This document shows, in pieces, positions 38,728 to 48,608 of a stretch of 64,000 nucleotides of DNA; the stretch's first letter is position 1; each line of letters begins with the position of its first letter. The position numbers and the translations under genes were made by a program. The notes below the pieces were generated by a model. That model searched no databases. It saw nothing but the letters and a program-made list of their open reading frames with translations, and was not told where the DNA came from. This stretch comes from an uncultured Planctomycetia bacterium. Its GTDB lineage: Bacteria > Omnitrophota > Gorgyraeia > Duberdicusellales > 4484-171. The stretch lies in the NCBI GenBank assembly GCA_964489445.1, contig CAZAYU010000003.1:65172-129171 (forward strand), read 5' to 3'.

Positions 38728-39858
38728 ATGAAAAAGATTGTTTGTATCTTAACATTATGTGTTATTTGTTTTTTCGGATATTGTCGGGAAAAGCCACAGG
38801 TAACCTTTTTTTATTCACCCCATTGTAAATCTTGTCTGGAAGTAAAAGCAGAAATTTTAAATTTAGTTAAAGAACAGTATAAAGGCATTTTTCAGTGGAA
38901 AGAGCTAAATACTTTCGGCAATCCGGATAATTTAAGTTTACTCACTTCGGTGAGTGCTCAATTTAATAAGAAAAAAGCATTGGTTCCTGCCATTTTAGCC
39001 GGTGATATGTTGCTAGTTGGCAAGCAGGAGATCAAAGATGATATTGGAGAAACTCTGGAAGATCTTTTAATAAGCAGTAATAAACCATTTAATTTTTCAC
39101 GGATAAAATTGCTAGATGTGTTTAACAGGATGTCTGTATTTGCAATTATTGGTAGCGGCTTAGCCGACGGCATTAATCCTTGTGCTTTTGCGGTGATTAT
39201 TTTTTTTATATCGTTTCTTTCTGCGTATGGGTATCGGAAAAAAGAGATTATCTGTATAGGCACAGCTTATTGTTTAGCAGTATTTATAACGTATTTTTTA
39301 ATTGGTTTAGGATTTTTCAAATTTCTTTATTTATTAGGAGGGGCCTATTCAGTTATTAAAGTTTTTTATTACTTTGTTGCTGGATTCTGTTTTTTAATGG
39401 CCTTGGGGTCTTTGTATGATTATTATAGGTTCAAGAAAACAAAAAGTTCCCAAGGTTTTATATTGCAATTACCAAAATTTATTAAGAAGAAGATTAATCT
39501 AATCATTGGTTCAAATTTACGCCAGAGAAGAGAAAAAAGCGCTATTAGGCTTATAGCTATATCTTTTATTGTCGGAGTGACAGTTTCTTTATTAGAAGCA
39601 GTATGTACGGGCCAAGTATATGTACCGGTAATTGTGTTTATTCTTAAAAATACAAGTTTAAAACTAAAAGCATTTATTTATCTGGCGGTTTATAATCTGA
39701 TGTTTATTTTTCCTTTAGTTATTATTTTTTTATTTTCTTTATTCGGAGTAAAATCAAAAAAATTTAATGATTTTCTAAAACATAATGTGGGGAAAATAAA
39801 AATTATTATGGCACTAGTTTTCCTTATTTTAGGTGTTTTTATCCTGTATTTAGGATAA
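38728..39858 (+). CDS. Thioredoxin-like domain fused to a CcdA/DsbD-like transmembrane domain
   Basis: FFYSPHCKSC (CxxC), DGINPCAF, LEAVCTGQVY; start 38728 or 38707. Confidence 0.8.
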   Translation: MKKIVCILTLCVICFFGYCREKPQVTFFYSPHCKSCLEVKAEILNLVKEQYKGIFQWKELNTFGNPDNLSLLTSVSAQFNKKKALVPAILAGDMLLVGKQEIKDDIGETLEDLLISSNKPFNFSRIKLLDVFNRMSVFAIIGSGLADGINPCAFAVIIFFISFLSAYGYRKKEIICIGTAYCLAVFITYFLIGLGFFKFLYLLGGAYSVIKVFYYFVAGFCFLMALGSLYDYYRFKKTKSSQGFILQLPKFIKKKINLIIGSNLRQRREKSAIRLIAISFIVGVTVSLLEAVCTGQVYVPVIVFILKNTSLKLKAFIYLAVYNLMFIFPLVIIFLFSLFGVKSKKFNDFLKHNVGKIKIIMALVFLILGVFILYLG

Positions 39859-39909
39859 GGTGATATGATTTATTATTGTGTTTACTTGCTAAACGAAAAA
39901 ATCTAATTT

Positions 39910-41196
39910 ATGAGCTTACCTTATCTTGTTTTTTCAGACAAACAAGGAAAAATTTATCAGCATCCGTATTTACGAATGGCTATCTCTAGCCTGAACTTAC
40001 CAGGATTGCCCAATAAACAAGAATTAATCAAAGTTCCCAAGGGGAGCAGTTTTCTTTATCTTCCCGGGAGAATTCCTTTAGGGTATAATCTTCAGACTGA
40101 AAATTTTGAGTTTGTTAGAGAGTTTAAGAAAAAAAAAGTATTTGCATTAGCTGCCTTTCCGATTCCTGCTTACTTGAGATTGTGTCATCCTGCGGCTGTT
40201 GTTTTGAGTAAGAAGGTGTTGCCTCTTTGGGCATATACAGCATGCGGTTTATTGGGCAACGATTTATATATTACTGCTACGCGTGTTGATCCTCGCGTAA
40301 GACAAAGTCCGCGTTTTTATAATTTTAAACAAATAAACCGTAAGGTTATTCATTTTCTAAAGAAATATCCGGATAATAGGCTCTACAAGCATCTTGCTAA
40401 TTGTGCCCTTAATTATAATTGTTTGGCTGCAAAAAATTTGTTTTTAGAAAGATGGGAAGCGCCATTGCCAGTAGCTCAAATGTGTAATGCTGATTGCCTA
40501 GGGTGCATTAGCTATCAAAAAGCAGGGTGTATCGCCTCTCATAAGCGAATAGCATTTCAACCTAAAAGCAAGGAAGTTGTAGAGGTTATGAATCATCATC
40601 TTACAGTTGCCAGAGAGGCAATTGTAAGCTTTGGTCAGGGGTGTGAAGGTGAGCCGTTATTGGAAGAAAAATTAATTTCTCAATCAGTAATTAACGTGAG
40701 AAAAAAGAATAGCCGGGGGACGATTAACATTAATACTAATGCCAGCATTCCGAAAAAGATTAAGCTTCTTTGTTCTGCCGGGGTAGATTCTTTTCGGGTG
40801 AGCTTAAATAGTCCCAGCGAAAAATTTTATAATCTTTATTTCAATCCTAAAAATTATAAATTTAAAGATGTTGTGAAGTCAATAGCAATAGCCAAACGAC
40901 ACAATAAATTTGTTGCAATTAATTTATTTATGTTTCCCGGATTTTCCGACTCTGATCAACAGATTAACAGTTTAAAAAAATTCATAAAAAATAATGGCAT
41001 TGATATGATTCAATGGCGTAATCTCAATATTGATCCTGTTTATTATTTGGAAAAAATGAACTTAAAAAATGTCAGGCCTTTGGGGATGTTGTTTCTTCTG
41101 GAGGAAATAAAAAAATATTTTCCTTTGCTTAAAACAGGATATTTTAATATTCCCCGCGAAGAGTTTAAGAGTTTAAAGAAATATCAAAGTTATTAA
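39910..41196 (+). CDS. Radical SAM protein of unknown function
   Basis: CNADCLGC, SFGQGCEGEP, ININTN, RVSLNS, IQWRNLNIDP. Confidence 0.85.
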   Translation: MSLPYLVFSDKQGKIYQHPYLRMAISSLNLPGLPNKQELIKVPKGSSFLYLPGRIPLGYNLQTENFEFVREFKKKKVFALAAFPIPAYLRLCHPAAVVLSKKVLPLWAYTACGLLGNDLYITATRVDPRVRQSPRFYNFKQINRKVIHFLKKYPDNRLYKHLANCALNYNCLAAKNLFLERWEAPLPVAQMCNADCLGCISYQKAGCIASHKRIAFQPKSKEVVEVMNHHLTVAREAIVSFGQGCEGEPLLEEKLISQSVINVRKKNSRGTININTNASIPKKIKLLCSAGVDSFRVSLNSPSEKFYNLYFNPKNYKFKDVVKSIAIAKRHNKFVAINLFMFPGFSDSDQQINSLKKFIKNNGIDMIQWRNLNIDPVYYLEKMNLKNVRPLGMLFLLEEIKKYFPLLKTGYFNIPREEFKSLKKYQSY

Positions 41197-41210
41197 TTAA
41201 ATTGTAAATA

Positions 41211-42200
41211 ATGAAGGCAATAGCATTAATATCTGGAGGGTTGGATAGTTTTTTAGCCCTTTATTCTATGCTTCAACAAGGAGTGGAGGCTGTAGGGGTG
41301 TATTTTTTAACTCCGGTTTCTAAACCCGAAAGGCTAGATATTCAAAAATCTGCGATTAAGAATATAATGAAAAAAATGGGTGTTAAATTAAAGATAAAAA
41401 ACATGGGAGTAGAATATTTACAAATGATAAAAGTTCCGAAATACGGATACGGGAGAAATATGAATCCTTGCATCGATTGCAAAATTTTAATGCTAAAATC
41501 AGCGAAAAGAATAATGGATGAAGAGAATGCGCAATTTGTAGTTACCGGTGAAGTTCTAGGCCAGCGACCGATGTCTCAACATCGGCAGGCATTAAAAATC
41601 ATTGAAAGAGAAAGCGGGCTATCAAGAATTTTACTGCGTCCTTTATCAGCAAAACTTTTAGAGGTAACATCGCCTGAAGAAAAAGGATGGGTAGAAAGGG
41701 ATAAGCTATTGTCTATAGACGGGAGATCGCGGAAAATACAGATAAAGTTGGCACAAGAAGCAGGAATTGAAGGGTATTCTCAGCCGGCAGGAGGCTGCTT
41801 GCTTACGGATACTAATTTTTCAAAAAAGGTTAATGATCTTTGGAAGTATAACCAATATAGCATTAAGGACGTTCACAGCTTAAAAGTCGGGAGACATTTT
41901 CGGATAAGTCATGATTTTAAAGTAATTGTTGGCAGGAATGAAAAAGAAAATGATTTTTTGCTTAAATTAGCGGGAAGAGATGATTTTATATTTGAAATTA
42001 AGGATTATCCTTCTCCTTTAGGCCTGGGAAGAGGAAAACTGGATAAACAGAAAGCAAAGATAGCCTCTGAGATAATCGTAAGCTATAGTAGCTTAAAAAT
42101 AAAAGCACGAGTAACTTTTGGGAAAGTAAAAGATGAGCAAGAAGAGACTATTTACGTAAATAATATTAATAAAGGACGCCTAAGTAAATTAATGGTATAA
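41211..42200 (+). CDS. PP-loop tRNA thiouridylase-like protein (ThiI/MnmA-related)
   Basis: SGGLDS PP-loop, NPCIDCK, TGEVLGQRPMSQ, PAGGCLLT. Confidence 0.82.
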   Translation: MKAIALISGGLDSFLALYSMLQQGVEAVGVYFLTPVSKPERLDIQKSAIKNIMKKMGVKLKIKNMGVEYLQMIKVPKYGYGRNMNPCIDCKILMLKSAKRIMDEENAQFVVTGEVLGQRPMSQHRQALKIIERESGLSRILLRPLSAKLLEVTSPEEKGWVERDKLLSIDGRSRKIQIKLAQEAGIEGYSQPAGGCLLTDTNFSKKVNDLWKYNQYSIKDVHSLKVGRHFRISHDFKVIVGRNEKENDFLLKLAGRDDFIFEIKDYPSPLGLGRGKLDKQKAKIASEIIVSYSSLKIKARVTFGKVKDEQEETIYVNNINKGRLSKLMV

Positions 42201-42319
42201 TGCATGGAAAATTGTTAGCTTGTGACTAGCAGTAAAACATGGCGCGCAGAGAGAAAGGCCAAGATAAGATTAAGAAAAAGGGTAAAAGAAACAATATTTA
42301 CAATTAAGCAATTAATTAA

Positions 42320-43231
42320 ATGAAAATATTTGATAATATCACTCAATTAACGGGAAGTACTCCTTTAGTCCGGCTTAATAAAATTAATAAAGGAGCTAAT
42401 GCTAATTTATTAGTCAAATTAGAATTTTTTAATCCTTATTCAAGCGTTAAAGATAGAATTGGCGTAGCGATGATTATTGATGCTGAGGAGAGAGGATTAA
42501 TTAATAAAAATGTTACTTTTGTTGAGCCGACCAGTGGTAATACTGGCATAGCGCTTGCTTTTGTGTGTGCCCAGAGAAATTATAAATTAATTTTAACAAT
42601 GCCTGAGAATATGTCTATTGAAAGAAGACGCTTATTGTCAGCCCTTGGTGCGAAAATAATTCTAACTCCCAAAGAGCAAGGGATGGAAGGAGCGATAAAC
42701 AAAGCAGAAGATATTGTTCGGCAAACAGCTGATGCCTGTATGCTTAAACAGTTTACTAATCGGGTTAACCCTAAAACACACAAGGAAACTACAGCATTAG
42801 AAATTTGGAATGACACGGAAGGAAGTGTAGATATTGTTGTTGCTGGAGTAGGAACCGGGGGCACAATCACTGGAATAGCCGAAACAATAAAAAAGAGAAA
42901 ACCACAGTTTAAAGTAATAGCAGTAGAACCTAAAGAATCTGCTGTTCTTTCTGGAAAAAAAAAAGGGTTACATAAAATCCAGGGTATTGGAGCAGGGTTT
43001 ATTCCAGATGTTCTAAATAAAAATTTGATTGATGAGATAGTTTGTGTAGAATACATCGATGCAGTAAGAGTTGTTGATGAGTTGGCCAAAAAAGAAGGAA
43101 TTCTAGTTGGACCTTCTGGAGGAGCAGCAGTCTGGGCAGCATTAAATATTGCCAGAAGAGTAGAAAATGAAAATAAATTGATAGTAGTGATTATTCCGGA
43201 TAGCGGTGAACGCTATCTTTCATTGAATTAG
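42320..43231 (+). CDS. cysK: Cysteine synthase A
   Basis: SVKDRI (PLP lysine), [30 protein letters not shown]. Confidence 0.95.
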   Translation: MKIFDNITQLTGSTPLVRLNKINKGANANLLVKLEFFNPYSSVKDRIGVAMIIDAEERGLINKNVTFVEPTSGNTGIALAFVCAQRNYKLILTMPENMSIERRRLLSALGAKIILTPKEQGMEGAINKAEDIVRQTADACMLKQFTNRVNPKTHKETTALEIWNDTEGSVDIVVAGVGTGGTITGIAETIKKRKPQFKVIAVEPKESAVLSGKKKGLHKIQGIGAGFIPDVLNKNLIDEIVCVEYIDAVRVVDELAKKEGILVGPSGGAAVWAALNIARRVENENKLIVVIIPDSGERYLSLN

Positions 43232-43255
43232 GAATACATAAGAAAGGAGAAGGAA

Positions 43256-44026
43256 ATGTTAGAAGAGACTATAATCTCACAAGCGATTATTGATTCTTAC
43301 CAAAAGAAATTAGTAAGTATATTGGATGTTGATGTAGCAATTGTTGGTGCAGGACCTTCAGGGCTAGTAGCTGCTTTTTATTTAGCAAAAAATAAAAAGA
43401 AAGTTGTTGTTTTTGAGAAAAAGCTTTCCATAGGCGGAGGAATGTGGGGCGGAGGAATGATGTTTAATGAAATTGTTGTGCAAAAAGAAGCACATAAGAT
43501 ATTGAATGAGTTTTCTATAAATATGAGAAAGTATAAAGATGAGTATTATCTAGCTTCTTCTGTAGAAGCAGTTTGTTCTTTAGGTTTTCATGCTGCTCAA
43601 GCAGGGGCAACAATTATTAACGGAGTTTTAGCAGAAGATGTTATGGTCAAGAATAAGAAAGTCTGCGGGCTGGTAATCAATTGGTCAGCAGTAAACGCTG
43701 CGGGCCTTCATGTTGACCCTTTGACAATTAAAGCGAAAATAGTAGTAGATTCTAGCGGGCATCCTTGCGAAGTGATGAAAGTTGTGGAACGAAAGTCAGG
43801 ACTTAGACTGAACACGAAAACAGGGAAGATATTAGGTGAAAAATCGATGTGGGCGGATAAAGCAGAAAAAACAGTAGTCGGAAATACTAAAGAAGTTTGT
43901 CCTGGCCTTTATGCCTGTGGAATGGCTGCCAATGCGGTATTTGGAGCTCCGCGGATGGGTCCAATTTTTGGCGGAATGATTATTTCTGGTAAAAAAGTAG
44001 CTGAGCTAATTAGCCAGAGAATATAA
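43256..44026 (+). CDS. thi4: Sulfide-dependent adenosine diphosphate thiazole synthase
   Basis: [20 protein letters not shown] (His variant), [10 protein letters not shown]. Confidence 0.93.
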   Translation: MLEETIISQAIIDSYQKKLVSILDVDVAIVGAGPSGLVAAFYLAKNKKKVVVFEKKLSIGGGMWGGGMMFNEIVVQKEAHKILNEFSINMRKYKDEYYLASSVEAVCSLGFHAAQAGATIINGVLAEDVMVKNKKVCGLVINWSAVNAAGLHVDPLTIKAKIVVDSSGHPCEVMKVVERKSGLRLNTKTGKILGEKSMWADKAEKTVVGNTKEVCPGLYACGMAANAVFGAPRMGPIFGGMIISGKKVAELISQRI

Positions 44027-44102
44027 AAAAGATAGAATAGCTGATACCCTAATAAAAAATAATAGAAAAGGTATTTAATAGAGTTGCGGGGAGGATAAAC
44101 AA

Positions 44103-45275
44103 ATGGCAAAAACAATTGAGCAAATAAATGCGAAGATAAGGAGTGGAAAAGTAGTAGTACTTACAGCCGAAGAAGTAAAGTCTATGGCTAAGAAGAAAAG
44201 TATTAAACAGATCGCTAAACAAGTCGATGTGGTTACAACTGCCACATTTGGCCCGATGTGTTCTTCCGGTGCTTATTTTAACATTAGTCAGGTTAGGCCT
44301 AAAATCAAATTAGGAGGAGATAAAGTTTTGCTCAACGAGGTAGAATCTTATGCCGGATTTGCTGCGGCGGATATTTTTGTTGGTGCTACAGCGCTACCAG
44401 CTCATGATCCGCGCAATAAAGTGTATCCCGGAGCTTTTAAGTATGGAGGAGGACATGTTATTGAGGATTTAGTAAGTGGAAAGAATATTAAATTAAAAGC
44501 AAAAGCTTATGGAACTGATTGTTATCCGAATACAGGAATTGAAACACTTATTAATATCAATGATTTGCGTCAAGCTACCCTTTTCAATATTCGGAATATG
44601 TATCAAAATTATAATGTTGCTACTAATCTTTCAAATAAAATGATTTATACGTACATGGGAGCCTTGCGGCCTCAGATGGGGAATGCAAATTATTGTAGTG
44701 CTGGGCAGCTTTCTCCGTTATTGAATGACCCTTTGTATCGAACTATTGGTATTGGAAGTAGAATCTTTTTAGGTGGGACTATTGGTTATGTTTCTTGGTG
44801 GGGCACTCAGCACAATCCTAATGTAAAAAAAACAAAAGAAAAGGTTCCCTTGTCTCCCGCAGGAACAGCGGCAGTTATCGGAGACCTAAAGCAGATGAAA
44901 TCCGATTGGCTAAGAGGAACAAGCTTTCGTGGGTACGGAGCGACATTAAGCGTGGGTATTGGAGTGCCAATACCGTTGCTTAATGAACAGATAACGAAAA
45001 GTGCACTAATTACCGATAATAAAATTTTTACTCAAGTGGTAGATTATAGCAAAGCGTATCCTCAGGGCACAGGAGAAACTATTGGCAAGGTTAGCTATGA
45101 GGAATTAAAAACGGGTAAGGTGAAAATATTAGGCAAAAAAGTTCCAACTGCGAGTATTTCTAGCTATTTTAAGGCCCGAGAAATTTGTACTATTCTTAAA
45201 AATTGGATCAATAAAGATAAGTTTTATTTAAGCAAGCCGGTGGCTCCTTTTCCGGGGTCTGAGCCAGTATTCTAA
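44103..45275 (+). CDS. L-aspartate semialdehyde sulfurtransferase (homocysteine biosynthesis, DUF39)
   Basis: VDVVTTATFGPMCSSGA, YGGGHVIEDL, YGTDCYP, YQNYN, GQLSPLLNDP. Confidence 0.9.
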   Translation: MAKTIEQINAKIRSGKVVVLTAEEVKSMAKKKSIKQIAKQVDVVTTATFGPMCSSGAYFNISQVRPKIKLGGDKVLLNEVESYAGFAAADIFVGATALPAHDPRNKVYPGAFKYGGGHVIEDLVSGKNIKLKAKAYGTDCYPNTGIETLININDLRQATLFNIRNMYQNYNVATNLSNKMIYTYMGALRPQMGNANYCSAGQLSPLLNDPLYRTIGIGSRIFLGGTIGYVSWWGTQHNPNVKKTKEKVPLSPAGTAAVIGDLKQMKSDWLRGTSFRGYGATLSVGIGVPIPLLNEQITKSALITDNKIFTQVVDYSKAYPQGTGETIGKVSYEELKTGKVKILGKKVPTASISSYFKAREICTILKNWINKDKFYLSKPVAPFPGSEPVF

Positions 45276-45296
45276 TTTGCTACACTGAATAAAAAG

Positions 45297-45713
45297 GTGG
45301 TTTTTATGTATTCAAACAAAGTGGTATTATGTTTTCCTTCTAGCTTGGTGGATAAGTCAATAATTTATAAGTTATCCAAAGATTATGATTTAGAGTTTAA
45401 TATTCTAAAAGCCCTAGTTAATCCCAGAGAAGAAGGGGTAATGGTTTTAGAGCTAAAAGGAGATAAAAAGGAGTACGATAGAGCGATTACTTATCTTAAA
45501 GAAACAAAAGTAAAAGTACAGATTCTGTCAAATGATGTTGTCTGCGATAAAAATAAATGTGTGCATTGTGGCCTTTGCGTATCAGTGTGTCCGGTGGATG
45601 CGTTTAAAGTAGATTCTAGTACAAGAGAAGTTATTTTTCAGAAACAAAAGTGTATTGCCTGCGGGATATGTGTGAATATTTGCCCGTACAATGCAATGTC
45701 TATAAAATTTTAG
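45297..45713 (+). CDS. NIL domain plus 2x[4Fe-4S] ferredoxin (partner of DUF39)
   Basis: FNILKA NIL motif; CVHCGLCVSVCP and CIACGICVNICP; start may be 45306. Confidence 0.9.
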   Translation: MVFMYSNKVVLCFPSSLVDKSIIYKLSKDYDLEFNILKALVNPREEGVMVLELKGDKKEYDRAITYLKETKVKVQILSNDVVCDKNKCVHCGLCVSVCPVDAFKVDSSTREVIFQKQKCIACGICVNICPYNAMSIKF

Positions 45714-45763
45714 TAAAACATGTAGATAGATTTAAAAACTGCGCTATTAATCCAACCTTATAA

Positions 45764-47515
45764 TTGTTTGCAGAACACAAAAACTCATCTAACATCCGAC
45801 AGCTAATTGTATATTTAATTTCAGTAGGATTATTGTTTTACGTGTTTACTTCGTACGCAGAAAGTATTAATTTAGAGCCAATTACTATTCAAAAAGGACA
45901 CTTTGATCTTAATAGAGAGATTGTTGCTGAAGATGTGCCCTGCTTTTCTCCGGAAGAAATAATTGATTATTCATCAAGTATCAACTTGTGCCAACGTGCT
46001 CCATTTGGCGTGCAACAGGATGTATCTTTGAGGGGGTCGGGCTTTGAGGATGTCTTGGTTGACCTGGAAGGGATAAAGATGAATAATCCGCAAACTGGAC
46101 ATTATAGTTTAGAATTACCGCTAACTAGTGCGGATTTAGATAGTGTTGAACTATTCAATAATGCTCAAAGAGTTAATTTTCAAATCAAAGAGCCAGAAGG
46201 AAAAGGTGGTCTTTTTAAAACTACTTTTGGAGAGCACTCTTTGTGGGGTGAGCTTTTATCTTTTAATTTTTTGTTAAATGATGTAAAGAATCGCTTATCA
46301 ATAGAGCATAATTCGTCTTCTGGTGCAAGACAGGATACGGATTTTAATAACTATAAATTTTCTTTTCATTCGCTATGGATGAGAGATATTAATAAAATAG
46401 AATTTTTCTTTGGCTCAGCTGAGAAGAAATTTGGAGCTGATAGTTTTTATTCGGAGAGCTATTCACAAGAAGAAGAACGTACATCACAAAGATTTTTTTT
46501 ATTTAAAACAGCTACGGAAACTGATGATGTAAAATGGGAGAATACGTTTTATTTTAAAAGGCATAGTGATAAGTTTATTTTAAACCGGCACGATCCTTCA
46601 TTTTATACTAATTTTCATACTACTTATGTCTACGGGGTAAAAAGTAAATTAAATTTTTATAGCGATTGGTTTTGCTCTTTAGGCTTAGAAGAAGAAAAGA
46701 TAACAAGCACTAATCTTAATAGTCATCAGCGTTTTAAAAAAGGATTATGTTTAGGGATAGATGAGAAAAGGATAGGTGATTTTTTTATTAAATTTCAAGC
46801 AGGAGCTGATAATTACGGACAATGGGATAATCTTTATCAAGGAGAATCAAAAATAGGTTATTTTATTAAAGATAATTTGAAAGTGCATTTTTCAGTTGAT
46901 CGAATTTGGCGTGTTCCCTCATTTACTGAATTATACTATACCTCTCCGGTTAATAATGGAAACGAGAGCCTTAAGGCTCAGAAAACAAATAATTTTGAAA
47001 CGGGAGTTAATTTTTCTCAAGATAGTTATCAACTGCTTTTAAATTTATTTTTTCGCGATCAAGAGAGTACTATTGATTGGGTCAAAGAAATGTTATTTGA
47101 TCCTTGGCAGGCAGAAAATATTGGTAGCTTACAAGTTTATGGATTTGATTTTTATGCAGAAAATCGATTTCCGGATTTTTGGTTAGAAAGAATAAGTATT
47201 GGATATACATATTTAGATTTTGGCAGAAAGAACAAGTATGATTTCTCCAAGAGTGTGTTTGAATATAACCGACATAAGCTGGTCAATAGCATTTATTTTA
47301 ATGTAAAAGAATTTAAAATAAATGTTATTACTAAATTTTGTAATCCGGTAGATAGAGCTAGCTATGTTGTTTCTGACTTAAAAGTGGAAAAGAAGTTTCA
47401 TAATTTTACAATTAGTTTGGAAGGAATGAATATTTTTAATCAAGATTATCAAGAGATGAAGGGAGTAGAAAGCGCAGGAAGATGGTATAAAATCAGCGTT
47501 GCCTACACCTTTTAA
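45764..47515 (+). CDS. TonB-dependent receptor
   Basis: Plug QDVSLRGS...PQTGH, RVPSFTELYY, NIFNQDY...GR, C-terminal Phe. Confidence 0.82.
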   Translation: MFAEHKNSSNIRQLIVYLISVGLLFYVFTSYAESINLEPITIQKGHFDLNREIVAEDVPCFSPEEIIDYSSSINLCQRAPFGVQQDVSLRGSGFEDVLVDLEGIKMNNPQTGHYSLELPLTSADLDSVELFNNAQRVNFQIKEPEGKGGLFKTTFGEHSLWGELLSFNFLLNDVKNRLSIEHNSSSGARQDTDFNNYKFSFHSLWMRDINKIEFFFGSAEKKFGADSFYSESYSQEEERTSQRFFLFKTATETDDVKWENTFYFKRHSDKFILNRHDPSFYTNFHTTYVYGVKSKLNFYSDWFCSLGLEEEKITSTNLNSHQRFKKGLCLGIDEKRIGDFFIKFQAGADNYGQWDNLYQGESKIGYFIKDNLKVHFSVDRIWRVPSFTELYYTSPVNNGNESLKAQKTNNFETGVNFSQDSYQLLLNLFFRDQESTIDWVKEMLFDPWQAENIGSLQVYGFDFYAENRFPDFWLERISIGYTYLDFGRKNKYDFSKSVFEYNRHKLVNSIYFNVKEFKINVITKFCNPVDRASYVVSDLKVEKKFHNFTISLEGMNIFNQDYQEMKGVESAGRWYKISVAYTF

Positions 47516-47547
47516 ATCGCTGTAATCTTTCCTAAAATCACCGAAAA

Positions 47548-48408
47548 TCATTCTCTAAATAAAGAACTGCCATCACAAGCAGCAGTATTTAAATAATTGA
47601 ATCCTTCTCGACAGGAAGAAAATAGTAATCCCATATTTTCCGCAGATTGTTTAACCTCGATAATTAATCTTTTTCTAATATCTTCCGGAAGGTAGTTGTG
47701 AGGCCATTCGTTTTTGTTGGTTTTTAAATAAAGTCTTTGCCATAAGGTCCGGTGCTCTGGGAATGCAGATATCATGTTTCGGAAATTATCCGGTTTAATT
47801 TTATAGGTAGAAGTAATTATTTGTTTTGCTCCGGATTGTTTTAATTTATTTACTATATTTTGAATAGAAGTTGTGTTCAGAGGATAAATTAACGGATCAA
47901 GCCTTACGGCTACAGGAAGATGAGATGAAAGCTTTTCAATAGTTTTCAATCTTTCTTCGGGGGTAGGGGCAAAAGGTTCAAGCTTCTTGGATAAATTTTT
48001 ATCTAGTGTAGTTAAAGAGATGCAAACTACAACTTTTTTTAAATTTTTTAAAATTGGTAAGTCTTTCAAAATAAGATTTGATTTTGTTACAATGTTTATG
48101 CGGAAGGAATAAGTGGTAAACAGCTCTAAAGCACTTCTGGTAAGATGCATTGTTTTTTCTAATGGAAGATAAGGGTCGGAAGAGTTAGCGATAGCAATAG
48201 TTGAGTCTTGTGGAATTTTCTTAATTTCTTTATTTAGCCTTACCAAAAAGTCTTTTTTACTTCGGGGTTGAGAAAAATTGCGAATATAAGAGGACGCGTA
48301 ACAGTAAAAACATCCATGTCCACAACCAGTATAGGGAGAAAGGCTGTATTTTTCTGGACAAGTGCATAAATTATTTTTCCACGGGTCGAAATGGGTAATT
48401 AAGCTCAT
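47548..48408 (-). CDS. Radical SAM protein (spore photoproduct lyase-like family)
   Basis: PYTGCGHGCFYCYA, SDPY, VTKS, LEP.AP...RL; start at 48408 (MSLITHFDPW) supported by the promoter just upstream. Confidence 0.85.
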   Translation of the reverse strand: MSLITHFDPWKNNLCTCPEKYSLSPYTGCGHGCFYCYASSYIRNFSQPRSKKDFLVRLNKEIKKIPQDSTIAIANSSDPYLPLEKTMHLTRSALELFTTYSFRINIVTKSNLILKDLPILKNLKKVVVCISLTTLDKNLSKKLEPFAPTPEERLKTIEKLSSHLPVAVRLDPLIYPLNTTSIQNIVNKLKQSGAKQIITSTYKIKPDNFRNMISAFPEHRTLWQRLYLKTNKNEWPHNYLPEDIRKRLIIEVKQSAENMGLLFSSCREGFNYLNTAACDGSSLFRE

Positions 48409-48417
48409 ATGGGTTAT

Positions 48418-48446
48418 ATTGTAGGTAATTGGCCTGAGAGAGTCAA
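48418..48446 (-). promoter_or_regulatory. Putative sigma70 promoter giving a near-leaderless transcript
   Basis: Minus strand TTGACT-17-TACAAT; ATG 9 nt downstream of the -10. Confidence 0.6.
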
Positions 48447-48608
48447 TCAGAAATATGTTAATTTTATTCGATGTAACAGTAAACTCCAAATATCGAAAAT
48501 TGGTTGATTTATCTATCTCATTTGCGCCTAAGAGTGTGTAAGCAGACAACTAGTTAGCTCTTTCTTAATTACCAGAGGCATGCTATAATATTATAAATAT
48601 ACTAGAGT

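Noticed and set aside
42200-42320. SAM or TPP riboswitch upstream of cysK/thi4
   Set aside because: Only a weak hairpin; no recognisable conserved riboswitch core
47548-48549. Longer start for the SPL-like radical SAM
   Set aside because: The extension spans a good promoter and family-like sequence begins at MSLITHFDPW (48408)
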